Source of the DNA: a virus
Lineage: Duplodnaviria > Heunggongvirae > Uroviricota > Caudoviricetes
IMG/VR virus record: IMGVR_UViG_3300005253_000053
Direction: 5' to 3' (one strand)
Length of the DNA stretch: 64,000 bases
In this document: one piece after another, positions 6,811-17,134 of the stretch
Numbering within the stretch: position 1 is the first letter of the stretch
Layout of the letters: every line of letters starts with the position of its first letter
Position numbers and translations under genes: made by a program
The notes under the pieces: generated by a model
The model's input: the letters and a program-made list of their open reading frames with translations, nothing else
What the model was told of the DNA's origin: nothing
Database searches by the model: none

Positions 6811-9417
6811 CTACGACCCGCGCTTCTTGCGGGCGATCACGTTCTCCATCAGGAGCGATCCGTCGCCTTTCAGCGGCGCGGTCTCCGGATTCCCCATCTG
6901 GGGCGGCTTCTTCTTGGCTCTCCGAACGCCCACGGGCAGTACAGTCTCTTCAAGCTGCCGCTTCCGTGGCGCTGGCGCGGGCTTCCCGCGCTGCGCTGCC
7001 GGGGCTGCCTCGGTCAGATTCTCTTTGCTTCCGCCGGAGGCGCGATTCAAGTTCTCCATCATGGTCTGGAAACCACTCTTGGACTTCTTGCCTTCGACCG
7101 GGTTCATCGGGACCATGACATAGGCCTGGGCGTCCGGCGCGTCGGCGACCTCGGGCGGGACCTCGAACTTCTGCCCTTCACCCTCGCCCGCGCCCTCGCC
7201 CTCGATGTCATCCACGTCCATGCCGAGATCCAGTTCGTCGTCGCCTTCCTCGTCACCTTCCTCGTCACCTTCCTCGTCGCCGAAGAAATCGCCGCCCATG
7301 TCGTCGCCGCCCATGTCGTCGTCGTCGCCATTGACGTAGTCGTCCACGCCGTCTCTCTCGGCGATCTCGGCCATGCCGATGGACTGTTCGTAGTCGACGC
7401 CGTGGGCCTTCGCGAAGGAGGCCGCAATGTCGTTCTCGGCGATGCCCATGGACTGGAGAGCCTTGTACAGGGTGTCGCCGTCGAAGATCTGGCCGTACGC
7501 ATCGCCATTGACGAGCACGCGGTAGAAGCCGTCCTCTTCGAGGCCGATCTCCACGTTGACCTCTTCCTCGTTGTGCATGCGCACGCGGGTGCCCAGCATC
7601 GCCTCGGCCAGCCCGACCATGCCCGAAACATCCTGGGAGGTCTTGAGCGCCGAACGGCACTGCGCGGTGTCCAGCGCCGGGTTGGCTTCGATGATGCGCT
7701 CCATCGAGGTCTTGAACTGTTCCTCGCGGTAGCGCTTCCCGGTGTCGACAGCCAGCGTCTTCGCAGCTTTCAACTGCTTCTTGATGTGCTGGTTTTCGCG
7801 ACGGAGGCCACGATTCTCGTTCACAAGGCCGACGTTCAACCCGGCCAGAGACTCCATGTCCATATCACCCATCTCCTCGTAGTTGTCGTCGTCGTAGCCC
7901 ATCTCGTCGTGAGCGTAATCCATCTCATCCTGAGGCTGACCCATGCCGCCCGGGTGCACTCCACCCATTTCGTCGCGCGGCATCGGACGACCTCGACGAC
8001 GACGGCGACGCATGGGGTGTCCGCCCATGCCCATTTCCTGGACGATTTCCTCGTCGCCATCAGACTGGTCGCTGGCAACGATGCCCTGAAGATCCTTGAC
8101 CTTCTTGCCCCTGCGGCTGGTCTGCTTGTTCTTGGTGTCGTAGGCGACGTGCATGCCCTTCGCGCCGGGGATCTTCTTCGAGCCTTCCTCGTCGAGGTTG
8201 GCTGCACCGCCCTGAGACTCGGTGCCGATGATCTTGCCGTGCTTCTGACCGGTCTCGCCTGCGGGGACCTTGACGCCGGGCTTCACGCCGGGACCCGGAG
8301 GCGTGCCGTCGTTGGACGTGCCTTCGGGATCTTCGATGTGGCCCTGACCTTCTGCGCCGCCGGGGCCGAGGTTCTGGCCCTTCTTGCCGACAGTCGGGAG
8401 CACGTCGAGTTCGTCGATGGACGGAGACGTGGCAACGCTGAGACCCTTCGCGCCCGACAACGGGGTCGGGTCGGCCTCGTTCATGGCCGCCGTGATGACC
8501 TCAAGGATCTCGTCGCGATGGTGCTGGATCTTGCCCTTCATCGAGGCGGCAAGGTCCAGAGCAGCGCTGTCGGTGAGCGCGGAACGGGCCGAGAACAGAC
8601 CTTCATTCAGCGCGTCGAGTTCCTTCAGGTACTCGGTGAGGTTGCCCTTCGGCTGAATGCTGAGACTGCCCAGCTTCGGCTCCAACCGGCTCAGCCTCGT
8701 GCGGATTTCCGTAAGGTCCATCACCGTGTCTCCTCTGTTCGCAGGAAGTGAGTAGTGAGTCCCGGCAGCCTGCTGCTCTTTCAGGAGCTTGCGCCGAGCT
8801 TCCTGCGCCTCGTTGATGGCTTCCCGAACCGCGCGCGGGAATGCCCCGGGCGTGCTCGGACGAGCCACAATATCCCAAACGATGGTTTCGCGGTCAACAT
8901 CGTCCTGGACAATGTCGGCATCCGCCGGGAAGGCCGGATACTTGGCCCCCTCATTCCGGATGACCGAGCCCTGGGCGCGGCTGGATGCGCCCGTCTCGAC
9001 GTTGGCTTCCCACAGAGCCTCAACGATCTTGCCGTCGGGTGTGGGCAGGGCCTCGAACTCGCCGATGATGGCTGTGTCGGGATCTTCGCCCTGGGCGATG
9101 AGTTCTTCACGCATCCCCGGGAACTTGTCGATGTAGCCAACATCGGTGAGCACGACGGCAAATTTGCGCAGGTCCGGTAGACCATCAGAGGGGTGCTCGA
9201 TGTGCCCACATACGGCACGGCGGCCAACGCGGCCCATGAACTCCCCCGACGTCTCAAACAGGTTCTCGAAGAAGCTCTTCGGGTAAACCCGCTTGTTACC
9301 GTTTAGGGTGTCGTACCGCTGGATGATTCCACGGGCTCTGGTAGCCCCGTTTTCCTGCAAGTTCGACTCGACCAGCTTGAATCGCGTCGCTACGGAGTCC
9401 TCTAGCAATGTTCTCAT
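6811..9417 (-). CDS. prohead protease-like N-terminal domain fused to long acidic scaffold-like region
   Basis: 868 aa. The N-terminal ~150 aa (GIIQRYDTLNGNKRVYPKSFFEN...AVCGHIEHP) is compatible with a prohead protease. The rest is coiled-coil and low complexity (RRRRRRGRP, DEEGDEEGDEEGDDE) with many L/I-x-E sites. It sits immediately upstream of the capsid gene, as T4 gp21/gp22 do. Confidence 0.4.
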   Translation of the reverse strand: MRTLLEDSVATRFKLVESNLQENGATRARGIIQRYDTLNGNKRVYPKSFFENLFETSGEFMGRVGRRAVCGHIEHPSDGLPDLRKFAVVLTDVGYIDKFPGMREELIAQGEDPDTAIIGEFEALPTPDGKIVEALWEANVETGASSRAQGSVIRNEGAKYPAFPADADIVQDDVDRETIVWDIVARPSTPGAFPRAVREAINEAQEARRKLLKEQQAAGTHYSLPANRGDTVMDLTEIRTRLSRLEPKLGSLSIQPKGNLTEYLKELDALNEGLFSARSALTDSAALDLAASMKGKIQHHRDEILEVITAAMNEADPTPLSGAKGLSVATSPSIDELDVLPTVGKKGQNLGPGGAEGQGHIEDPEGTSNDGTPPGPGVKPGVKVPAGETGQKHGKIIGTESQGGAANLDEEGSKKIPGAKGMHVAYDTKNKQTSRRGKKVKDLQGIVASDQSDGDEEIVQEMGMGGHPMRRRRRRGRPMPRDEMGGVHPGGMGQPQDEMDYAHDEMGYDDDNYEEMGDMDMESLAGLNVGLVNENRGLRRENQHIKKQLKAAKTLAVDTGKRYREEQFKTSMERIIEANPALDTAQCRSALKTSQDVSGMVGLAEAMLGTRVRMHNEEEVNVEIGLEEDGFYRVLVNGDAYGQIFDGDTLYKALQSMGIAENDIAASFAKAHGVDYEQSIGMAEIAERDGVDDYVNGDDDDMGGDDMGGDFFGDEEGDEEGDEEGDDELDLGMDVDDIEGEGAGEGEGQKFEVPPEVADAPDAQAYVMVPMNPVEGKKSKSGFQTMMENLNRASGGSKENLTEAAPAAQRGKPAPAPRKRQLEETVLPVGVRRAKKKPPQMGNPETAPLKGDGSLLMENVIARKKRGS

Positions 9418-9715
9418 GCTGCTTCTGCTCCGTCATCCGAATCGGCTCGATCTTGTCGTCGGCTTCTGTTTCGCCGAAGAGGTAGAGTGCCTGCCCATTC
9501 TCGCAAGCGAGCCGTAGGCACTGCTCCCAAAGTTCGAGCCGCATGATCTGCGGGCAACGCCCAAAGTCTTCCGCCCAGATCTCGTAACTCCGCTGGTCGT
9601 CTAACTGGATCTTGACCAGTGGGTATTTGGGCTCGAAGTACACGATGAAGAAAGCAGACTGCTTCCGAACATCGGTCGGTGGAAATCTGCTTCCGCTGCC
9701 ATCCATCTGCACCAT
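9296..9715 (-). CDS. hypothetical protein (possible small prohead core protein)
   Basis: 139-aa ORF. The 3' ~120 nt overlap the start of 6811..9417 in another frame, so one of the two boundaries may be wrong. Confidence 0.3.
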   Translation of the reverse strand: MVQMDGSGSRFPPTDVRKQSAFFIVYFEPKYPLVKIQLDDQRSYEIWAEDFGRCPQIMRLELWEQCLRLACENGQALYLFGETEADDKIEPIRMTEQKQHENIARGLRSDAIQAGRVELAGKRGYQSPWNHPAVRHPKR

Positions 9716-9759
9716 GATGCAGGAGACGGGCTAAACCCGTCAAACCCGCGTCCAGACAA

Positions 9760-10218
9760 TCAGATGTGGCCCTGAGTGACATCCACCAACATCGTGCCTG
9801 TTCCGCTCGTGATCCGAAGGCGCAGGGCGTCCGGCGAGCGCGCGTTCGTCAAAGTCGGCCAGTCGACGATCCGGCGCGACCGGCCCAGGGGTACGACTAC
9901 GTCGCTCGCAATCGAATCCCAGGTCGTGGTCGCGTCGACCTCGGTCTGCTCGACGTTTCCGCCCGTGATGCCGATCTGACGGTCTCGGTTGTCAAAGTCG
10001 AACGCGGCCAGGATCTCGACCGTCAGGCTATCCTCCAGATCCTGGTTCTCGTACTCGAAAATCATGGCCGTGTTCAGGAAAGGCCCACGAAAATAGCGGC
10101 CGTCGGGCTCAGTCGTCGGCGGGAACACCTGGGTGCGGATCGTCTCTTCGCTGTGCAGGAAGAAACGCTGGTTGAAAATGTTGGCAGCCTGAGTCTCGAC
10201 ACCAGGAGCGTTACTCAC
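9760..10218 (-). CDS. hypothetical virion-module protein
   Basis: 152 aa, protein-like composition, overlaps the glycosyltransferase stop by 8 nt. Confidence 0.45.
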   Translation of the reverse strand: MSNAPGVETQAANIFNQRFFLHSEETIRTQVFPPTTEPDGRYFRGPFLNTAMIFEYENQDLEDSLTVEILAAFDFDNRDRQIGITGGNVEQTEVDATTTWDSIASDVVVPLGRSRRIVDWPTLTNARSPDALRLRITSGTGTMLVDVTQGHI

Positions 10219-11398
10219 AGTAGATCTCCTCTCGGCTCAGACGAATGAGCACCGAACTGCCCAGGTCGCCATCTCCGACTCTGTCCCCTGAATCATATGC
10301 CAAGGGCGTCACAACGTCGGATTCTAGCTCTGCTTGCTGTAAAAGCCAAGACGACCGTGGCTCCAAGCTGAGCACTGGAACGGCCCGGCCCTGGATCAGA
10401 TCCTCGGCTACGCCTGCCGTAGGGACGAGAGGCTCTTCCAGGGAAATGGTCCTCGCACCGCGCAGCATCATCGAAACCTGCCGCCCAACGTCCACACCCT
10501 CTTTGAACGGGATCAGTTCGACGCGCTGGTGGGAATACTCTTTGCACTCGAACAAGTCCGCGTCCGTCGCCGTAACCTGGGCAGCGATAACTATAGGCTT
10601 CGATGTAACTTGCGAACACCAGCCGCGCACGGCGGCGAGCGCGTCCGGGCTGTCGTACGGGATGACTACGGCAAGCGCCGGGTCGCCCAGACGCTGAATC
10701 GATTCACGCATCAGCCCCTTGCAAGTGTCTTCCAGCAGGGCTGTGTTGCGGCGCGAAGTCTGTAGTTCGTGCTGCCGGTACTCGTAGAGCTTCTGCGGAA
10801 TGTGAACAAACTGGCAGGTCTCGGCCAGCTTGATCACCAGATCAAAATCTTCGGCCGTGGGCAGTGTCGGATTGACACCTGCGGTTCTGTCGTAGGCCGA
10901 CTTGCGCATCATGCGAAACTGAAAAGCGCACAGACCGGACTGCTGCATACGCCGTAGCGAGAACATACGACGGCAGCGCTTCTCGAAGTGGGGATCGTGC
11001 TTGGAGGGTGCGCCGTCCGATTCGACCCTAAGGTAGTCCGAATAGACCACACCGACTTGTTTGGGGCAGCCTTCCAGAGTGTTAAGAGTCATCGAGAGCG
11101 CTTCGGGAACGATCCGGTCGTCGGCGTCGACCTGACAAAAAAACTCCGAGGCCACTTCGCGGTAGGCTTGCGCGACGCGCCCCGGAGTTCCAAGATGTCC
11201 GTTGGTCAGTAGCTGGAAGCGGCTGTCCCTCTCGGCAAAGGACCGTACGATCTCTCTCGTGCGATCCTGCGAGCCGTCGTCGTAGACCTTGCAGACGAAG
11301 TCTGAGAAGCTCTGCTGCTCAACCGAGCGTAAGCAGTCTTCCAGATATTCCTCGGCGTTGTACGCCGGGACAACGACCGTAACGCGGGAACCGCTCAC
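10211..11398 (-). CDS. family-2 (GT-A) glycosyltransferase
   Basis: VVVPAYNAEEYLEDCLRSVEQQSFSDFVCKVYDDGSQDRT plus a DxD motif (QVDADD), typical GT2 N-terminus. Embedded among structural genes. Confidence 0.8.
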   Translation of the reverse strand: MSGSRVTVVVPAYNAEEYLEDCLRSVEQQSFSDFVCKVYDDGSQDRTREIVRSFAERDSRFQLLTNGHLGTPGRVAQAYREVASEFFCQVDADDRIVPEALSMTLNTLEGCPKQVGVVYSDYLRVESDGAPSKHDPHFEKRCRRMFSLRRMQQSGLCAFQFRMMRKSAYDRTAGVNPTLPTAEDFDLVIKLAETCQFVHIPQKLYEYRQHELQTSRRNTALLEDTCKGLMRESIQRLGDPALAVVIPYDSPDALAAVRGWCSQVTSKPIVIAAQVTATDADLFECKEYSHQRVELIPFKEGVDVGRQVSMMLRGARTISLEEPLVPTAGVAEDLIQGRAVPVLSLEPRSSWLLQQAELESDVVTPLAYDSGDRVGDGDLGSSVLIRLSREEIYCE

Positions 11399-11404
11399 GC
11401 ACGG

Positions 11405-11803
11405 TTAGCCAGCGCCGTAGGTGCCGGTCTGCCGGAAGTTGTCCAGCAGGTCCAGGTCGTCGATGGCGACGCGGAGAACGGACGAGCCGCCCGTGCCCGA
11501 CCCGAAGAGACGCAGGACCGGATCGTTGACCAGTCCCGCGAACTCGATGGGCGCTTCGCCACCGGCCACGATGGTTGTGCTGGTACCGGTGACCGTCACG
11601 AAGGCCGCGCCGCCGCCCGTAACCGGGCTCTGCTGCACTTCCAGGGTGACCGGGAACAGACCCAGGTTCCGGACGAACAGACGACGCACGCGCTGGGCGA
11701 ACTGAATGACAGTTCCCAGTGCCTGATTCGTGTCCGCCGGGACCGCGATCTGTACCTCTGCGGCTTCCGGCCCATAACTCCGACGATTGACAGTGTCTGC
11801 CAC
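11405..11803 (-). CDS. hypothetical small structural-like protein
   Basis: 132 aa, Gly/Thr/Val-rich and beta-like. Confidence 0.45.
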   Translation of the reverse strand: MADTVNRRSYGPEAAEVQIAVPADTNQALGTVIQFAQRVRRLFVRNLGLFPVTLEVQQSPVTGGGAAFVTVTGTSTTIVAGGEAPIEFAGLVNDPVLRLFGSGTGGSSVLRVAIDDLDLLDNFRQTGTYGAG

Positions 11804-11815
11804 GGCTTAACCTCC

Positions 11816-12163
11816 TTAGATTGCGAACTGTGGCTCTGACGGACTATCGTTGTCCGTCCGTTGTACTGCGACCTCAATGGCCACATCCCCGAAGCCGGAC
11901 AAGGCTACGAACGGGGAGGTCGATGTTATCAAATAGCTCTGACCTGCGCCAGGGTTCAGAACGGTCGCGGTTCCCGCGATGTCCGTGAAGGTGACGCCGT
12001 CCTGAGACTCCTGCCACTTCACCGTGGCCGGACCGGTGTCGCCCGTCTCGTTCAGGTGCCGAACCGACATGGTGCGCGGGATCGACGCGGACTGAGTCAG
12101 GCGCAAGACCCGAGCTTCCGTGACGGGTAGCTGGATCTTGATGTTTAGATTCCGAACCGACAT
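11816..12163 (-). CDS. hypothetical small structural-like protein
   Basis: 115 aa, beta-rich composition. Confidence 0.45.
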   Translation of the reverse strand: MSVRNLNIKIQLPVTEARVLRLTQSASIPRTMSVRHLNETGDTGPATVKWQESQDGVTFTDIAGTATVLNPGAGQSYLITSTSPFVALSGFGDVAIEVAVQRTDNDSPSEPQFAI

Positions 12164-12181
12164 CTACGGCTTCGTCCTTGA

Positions 12182-14741
12182 TCAGGGAGCGGCTACGGGC
12201 TCCGCTTCCGGCTCCGGTGCGGGCATGGGTGCTGCACCCGACGCGCCCATATTACCCGGAGCGCCGGGCTCTACGCCACCCATGTCATCAGCCGGTTCTA
12301 CACCCATTCCGTTCTGCTGTAGAGAAGACAGTTTGCCGGGGTAGCGGCGGTTAAACTGCCTCTTATGTTTCTCTACAGCCGTGAGAAAATTTGTGAGACT
12401 GTCCTCGATCTCGGAGATGTGATCCATCATCCGCTGAGCCTGGACGATAAATGTGCCACGTCCGTACTTGCTGCCCACCAGCGACTGAACCTTTCCGACT
12501 TTGCTTAGCCGTATATCCATCAGCCGATTGCGAACTTCGCGGATATCCTCTTCGAGTTCCTCCAGGATCATGGCCGCGTCTTCTGCGTCCTTTTCCCGAA
12601 AGTTCTGCTCGACGATTCCGAGCGCCATGTTGGCGGCCTTGGGTGCGAGATCCGGATTGCGCGTCATGCCCTCGATGAGAGCTTCGACATATTCCTCCGG
12701 ATTCTCAGCCCAAGCGCGCGACAGACGCGCCTCTTTCTGGACCAAAGTTTCCTTCGGCGCACTCGCCCGCGAAGATGCGTTGGTTGCAGGGTGAGCCCCT
12801 CCATCCTGGGACTCGGTCGCCGTCGCGCCCGCCGCCGCCCCGGCCGCGCGAGCGTAGATCTCGTGCGCGAGATTCTGAAGGATTCCCGCGACTTCGAGTT
12901 TCTGCCGCACGTCCTCACCGCAGTTCGGACAGGGTACGCCGCCAGCCGTGTCCGCTCCGGCATCCATTCCCGCACCACCCGCCGGAGCGTCGAGAGGAGG
13001 TGCTTCTGCGGACGGTGGAGGAGGTGGCGGTGGAGCGTCGGGCGGAAGCGGAGGCGGTTCTCCCGCTGTGGGCTCCTCGCCCGCCATTTCCTCGCCGCCC
13101 TCCGGTGGCATCGGCTCTTCGTCGCCTTCCGGCGGTGCTTCGCCTGCCAGTTCCGGTTCCAGGTCGTCGTCTTCTTCTTCCTCGTCTTCGTCCCCGGGGA
13201 ACTGCTCCAGGATCGCGATGGCCTGCTCGGTTGAGATGCCTTCGGCCAACTGTTGCAGATCCATCGGGACGAAGCAGTGCGGGCAGATCTGGAGAGACTC
13301 GTGGTGGCTCTCGTCGTCGTCTTCGATCTCGTCCGCGTGCTTCCCGGCGGCGCTCTTCTCGACAGACTTGCCTGCCACACCAACGCCCGTGCCGACAGCC
13401 TTTCCAAGCGCGCCCGCGCCACGTGCTGCGACGCCACCAATGGAACCGGCGGCGCGACCCGCACCCTTGGCGACGTCAGCCGCTGTCCTGCCCGCTTTGG
13501 CAATGACGGCTCCAACGCCTTCCTGGGCCATGCCGTGCTGCGAGACAACCTGACCGCCGGTCTGGCCGACGATGTCGTTCATGTCCCGCGCGGAATCCGG
13601 GATCTCGCCCAGTTCCGAGTCGGTCACAAAGATGGCCGCGCCGATATCCTCGGCACCGGCCGCAACCGTCTGGTCGGCTTCGTTCTGAAGCGCCTGGAGA
13701 TTCTCCGGCGTGTTTTCGAGGGACTTGGAAACCGCCCAGTCCGTGCCCACGCTCTCGCGCGTAAGCAGGATGGCGAAGCGGCCCTGAGGCTCGGCTTCGG
13801 TCATGGACTCCTGGCTGACCGATTTCTTGTAGGCCAGCATGCGCTTCTGATAGTCCGCATTGCTTTCGCCGGGCTTGCGCTCTGGCTTCAGCGGTCCGGC
13901 CTCGACCTTGCCCTTCGCGGTGCGGCCCGGCGTGGTCTTGCCGCCCTTGTAGACACCGGCACGCCTGATGCCGCCGCCAGCCGCCGCGCGCGGGTCGCCC
14001 CCCGGAACGTAGGCTTCACCGAACGCGCTTTCCATCGAAGAGCGCTTGACCGCCATGACGCCCGGTCCGGGACCGGGAATCTTGGCAACGCCCGCCTGCG
14101 CGCCCTGTGTCTTCTCAAGACCGGCCGGGGCCGTGCCGCCCTGTGGGGCCTTGCCGCCACCCTTGCCGGGTCCGAGATTCGAGCCGCTGACCGAGCCGAC
14201 CTTGGTGCCCGTGTAGTTGCTTCCGGGCACGTTCGGCGGGTAGATGTCGGCGACCTCGATGCCGTCGCTGTGACGTCCGCTGTCGTCGCTCGTGTTCGCG
14301 CCCGGGCTCTTACCGCCGCCATGAGCACCGACCGAAGGTCCTTCCGCGCCACTCTTGGTCGAGGGGTGCTTCGGGTCCTCGTTGTTCTTGCCGTGGCTGC
14401 GGTACTCGGGCGGAAGCTCCTTGCCCTTCGTGTCCACCTTGTCACTGCCCGTCAGGTCTCCGGCCTGGGCCTGCTCGCCCGTCTTGACCTTGAACTTCTC
14501 GGAGCCGGTGCCTTCGGTACCCGTGGGAGCCGCGCTGCTGGGCTTGAAGTTGCCGTAGCCCTGCTCGGTGAGCGCTTCGCGAACCTCCGACGGAACGATG
14601 CCGATGGCTTCGCCCTCGGAGTTGCGCACGAAGAGCAACCGCATGCCGCCCCGGTTGGCAACCAATTCGCCCTCCATCTCCTGGACCGTGTAGCCCAGAT
14701 TCTGGAGAACCTCGGGAAGAGTGTCGTACTGAACCTGCATG
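12182..14741 (-). CDS. large low-complexity acidic/proline-rich protein (internal core or scaffold-like candidate)
   Basis: Start set at MQVQYDTLPEV (AAGGAGAG 5 nt upstream, 10 nt after the upstream stop). It has a Gly/Lys-rich tract and a DEDEEEEDDD..PPPPPPP acidic/polyproline tract. The C-terminus is coiled-coil. Confidence 0.5.
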
Positions 14742-14750
14742 GATCTCTCC

Positions 14751-16418
14751 TTAGACTCGTGCAGCGACTGACTTGATCGCCTTGTCGAGTATATCCGCTT
14801 CCGGTGCCGTCGGCATCGGACATGGTTGATCCGCCCTGGGCTCAAAGATCTCATCCAGGTTCGGCTCGACATCGGTCGCGCCGGGCTTGGGAATCCACAT
14901 CACCCACCAGTCTGAATCGGGATCGGTCGGCGTCGAAAGCAGCCGCGTCTCCGGGTACTCGGTCGACATCCCCGTACGGAGGTTCTCGACCTCCTCCATG
15001 GTCATCTGCGGATGCAACATCACGTAGAGCGATTCCGACTTCGTGTCGAAGACCGTATCCTGGAGCGTATCCAGACTGTTGAGCATGTTCAGCTTTTTGA
15101 CGACGCGGTCCACGATCATGTCGACCGAGTCCGCGCGAACCACACCGTACGTGACCGCTTCGGCCAGGACTTCCTGGGTGTCGCGATACCGGCACTGGTC
15201 GATCTGGTAGGCCTGCATCGCCTCGTATCCGGAGAGGCTGTCGAAGACGCAGAACTTCAGCGCCCGCTTGGTGCGGGCAAAGCCGGTCTTCTTCTTTTCC
15301 TGGATGACGATGATGCCTTCCGTCGGGAGGCCCAGGACCATGGTCTTGGCATTGCGCTTCAGCCAGGGCCGTACGGTCTCCATGCCCTCGGTGAGCTTGG
15401 CAAAGTTGATGTGCATGTCGAGCAGGCCCAGCGGACCGTTGTAGGCCCAGACTTCTCTGCCTTCCGTGTACTTGCTGCGCGGCAGCGTTCCCGAACAGAT
15501 CAGCAGCTTGTTCTCGACCAGGATGCACGGGACGCCGCCCACCTCAGTCAGGTCGACTTGGGCGTGGAACCAGGGCTGGCTCTCGTGCTGGGGCTCGCCC
15601 GGCTTCATGTTGATCCGACCGCTGTGGCTGCGGTTGTACCGGCCCAGGGCGCGGTGGAACTTGTCGCCGGTCTGAGAACGGTGCCAGTCGCGAGCGGCCT
15701 GGATACGCCGCCCCATCCCACGCCGGGAGTTGATCCGGCCCTGGATCTCGCGGTCGACATCCTTGGGAGACTCGCGCGGCGGCTTCAGGCTGAAGTACGA
15801 CATGCCCTTCACCTTGCGGTTGCTCCGCTGCGGCGAGTACGTGCCACCCACCATCATGGAGTGCGGATCGTCCGCCATATCCCCCAGGCCAGGAGCCGCC
15901 GTGGCTTCGCGCAGTGCAGTTTCCCAGGTCGGAAGATCCGGGACGCCGAGTTCGGAGATGCGCTCCCACAGTTCTATGAACTGGCCCTCTTCCTCGATCT
16001 CGACCAGGAGACTGCGGATGAGTGCGTGTACCGCATCGGGAGCGTCTGCGAGATTCTCGCCCCAATCCTGGATCAGGGTGTCCAGGGCCTCGCCGCGCAT
16101 AACGCGCGGAGCGATGATGCCTGCACGAGGTTCGGGTGCCGGGGTCAGGCGGGCCGTGATGTCGCCGACCGCGCCCTGGTCGTACTCACGTTTGTCGGGG
16201 TCGCCGAACGTAGCATCGACGTTCTTACGGCTGTTCCAGAGGATGCACCACCAGTCGGCCTTGATGTCGCCACTGACAAGGCGGCATCCAGACGATCCCG
16301 TGCGGGAACCCTGCTTCCCCGTCCAGTGCTCGCAATTCCCGCAGCGTTCGCTATTGGGATTGCGGGCTTTCTGGTACTGAACCTGGGTCTGATTAAAGAC
16401 CTCTTCGAGCCGGGGCAT
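14751..16418 (-). CDS. large head-module protein with N-terminal zinc ribbon (portal position, unverified)
   Basis: Start set at MPRLEEVF (GGAGG 7 nt upstream). Contains CGNCEHW..C..WWC. 555 aa. No recognisable catalytic motif. Portal assignment is by position and size only. Confidence 0.45.
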   Translation of the reverse strand: MPRLEEVFNQTQVQYQKARNPNSERCGNCEHWTGKQGSRTGSSGCRLVSGDIKADWWCILWNSRKNVDATFGDPDKREYDQGAVGDITARLTPAPEPRAGIIAPRVMRGEALDTLIQDWGENLADAPDAVHALIRSLLVEIEEEGQFIELWERISELGVPDLPTWETALREATAAPGLGDMADDPHSMMVGGTYSPQRSNRKVKGMSYFSLKPPRESPKDVDREIQGRINSRRGMGRRIQAARDWHRSQTGDKFHRALGRYNRSHSGRINMKPGEPQHESQPWFHAQVDLTEVGGVPCILVENKLLICSGTLPRSKYTEGREVWAYNGPLGLLDMHINFAKLTEGMETVRPWLKRNAKTMVLGLPTEGIIVIQEKKKTGFARTKRALKFCVFDSLSGYEAMQAYQIDQCRYRDTQEVLAEAVTYGVVRADSVDMIVDRVVKKLNMLNSLDTLQDTVFDTKSESLYVMLHPQMTMEEVENLRTGMSTEYPETRLLSTPTDPDSDWWVMWIPKPGATDVEPNLDEIFEPRADQPCPMPTAPEADILDKAIKSVAARV

Positions 16419-16467
16419 GCAAGAACCTCCGCTGAGGCTGGTGAGAGCGCCGCAACGCAATGACGCG

Positions 16468-16498
16468 AGTATGCCGGATAGCCGCTGAAAGTGTCAAC
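16468..16498 (-). promoter_or_regulatory. putative sigma70-like promoter (TTGACA-19-CATACT) upstream of 14751..16418
   Basis: mRNA-sense TTGACACTTTCAGCGGCTATCCGGCATACT, then an SD-containing leader. Confidence 0.3.
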
Positions 16499-16904
16499 TC
16501 AGCAGGAGTTTACGACGCTGATCCTGGACCTTGAGAAGGCTGTTGATCGAGGTCGTAAGCTCTTCCCCATCCAGTTCTTTGACGATCTCCGAGGTGATCT
16601 CGTCGGGGATTCCCGCGTCCGGGTCCACCAGGACATGCTTCAGGACAGCCATGTGGACCATCAGAAGCTCCTTCGTCTCCTGGCGGCGGAGCCGCAGAAG
16701 CGCATCCTTCTGGGCCTCGTACAGCTTGGTCATGTGCTGGATCGCGTCCATCTCCAGCACCTCGTCCGGCTCAGCGTTCAGGTCGCCCATGACCTTCTTG
16801 AATGCCATCTCGGCATCCGTGAAGGACAGCTTGGCCAGGAAGGTCGTGGTGTACGCCGACCGGGCCAGATACTTCCGAGCAGTCTTGAGCGTTGACGTGG
16901 CCAA
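16494..16904 (-). CDS. hypothetical helical protein
   Basis: 136-aa ORF. Confidence 0.45.
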   Translation of the reverse strand: MATSTLKTARKYLARSAYTTTFLAKLSFTDAEMAFKKVMGDLNAEPDEVLEMDAIQHMTKLYEAQKDALLRLRRQETKELLMVHMAVLKHVLVDPDAGIPDEITSEIVKELDGEELTTSINSLLKVQDQRRKLLLS

Positions 16905-16905
16905 G

Positions 16906-17124
16906 TTAATCCTCCAGCATCTCGCTGGTCTGGCCGCCGAACACTTCCTCGCGCTGCTCGGCCGACATCTTGTCGTAGCGGACCTTCTGACCCTTGTCGA
17001 GCTTGACGATGTACTCGCCGCTCGCCCGCTCGGTGATGGGTGCGCCCGCGCCGCCCAGGCCGTTGTTGACGCCCAAAGCGATGTCGTTCGCCGACTTGTC
17101 TGTCTTCACTACAATCTTGGCCAT
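16906..17124 (-). CDS. hypothetical small protein
   Basis: Start set at MAKIVVKTD (GGAGAG upstream), 72 aa. Confidence 0.4.
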   Translation of the reverse strand: MAKIVVKTDKSANDIALGVNNGLGGAGAPITERASGEYIVKLDKGQKVRYDKMSAEQREEVFGGQTSEMLED

Positions 17125-17134
17125 GCTGCTCTCC

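Noticed and set aside
7402-8751. 449-aa plus-strand ORF (and similar long plus-strand ORFs at 13253..14776, 15012..16463, 25315..26691, 41898..43724, 44311..45411, 62981..63931)
   Set aside because: They lie antisense to well-supported minus-strand genes. Translations are Arg/Ala/Gly/Pro-rich with no RBS. This is the typical GC-rich antisense-frame artefact.
14751-16418. Calling 14751..16418 an ATP-dependent ligase or capping enzyme from EGIIVIQEKKK and GPLGLLD fragments
   Set aside because: No KxDG motif I could be located. The resemblance is too fragmentary. Kept as a position-based portal candidate only.
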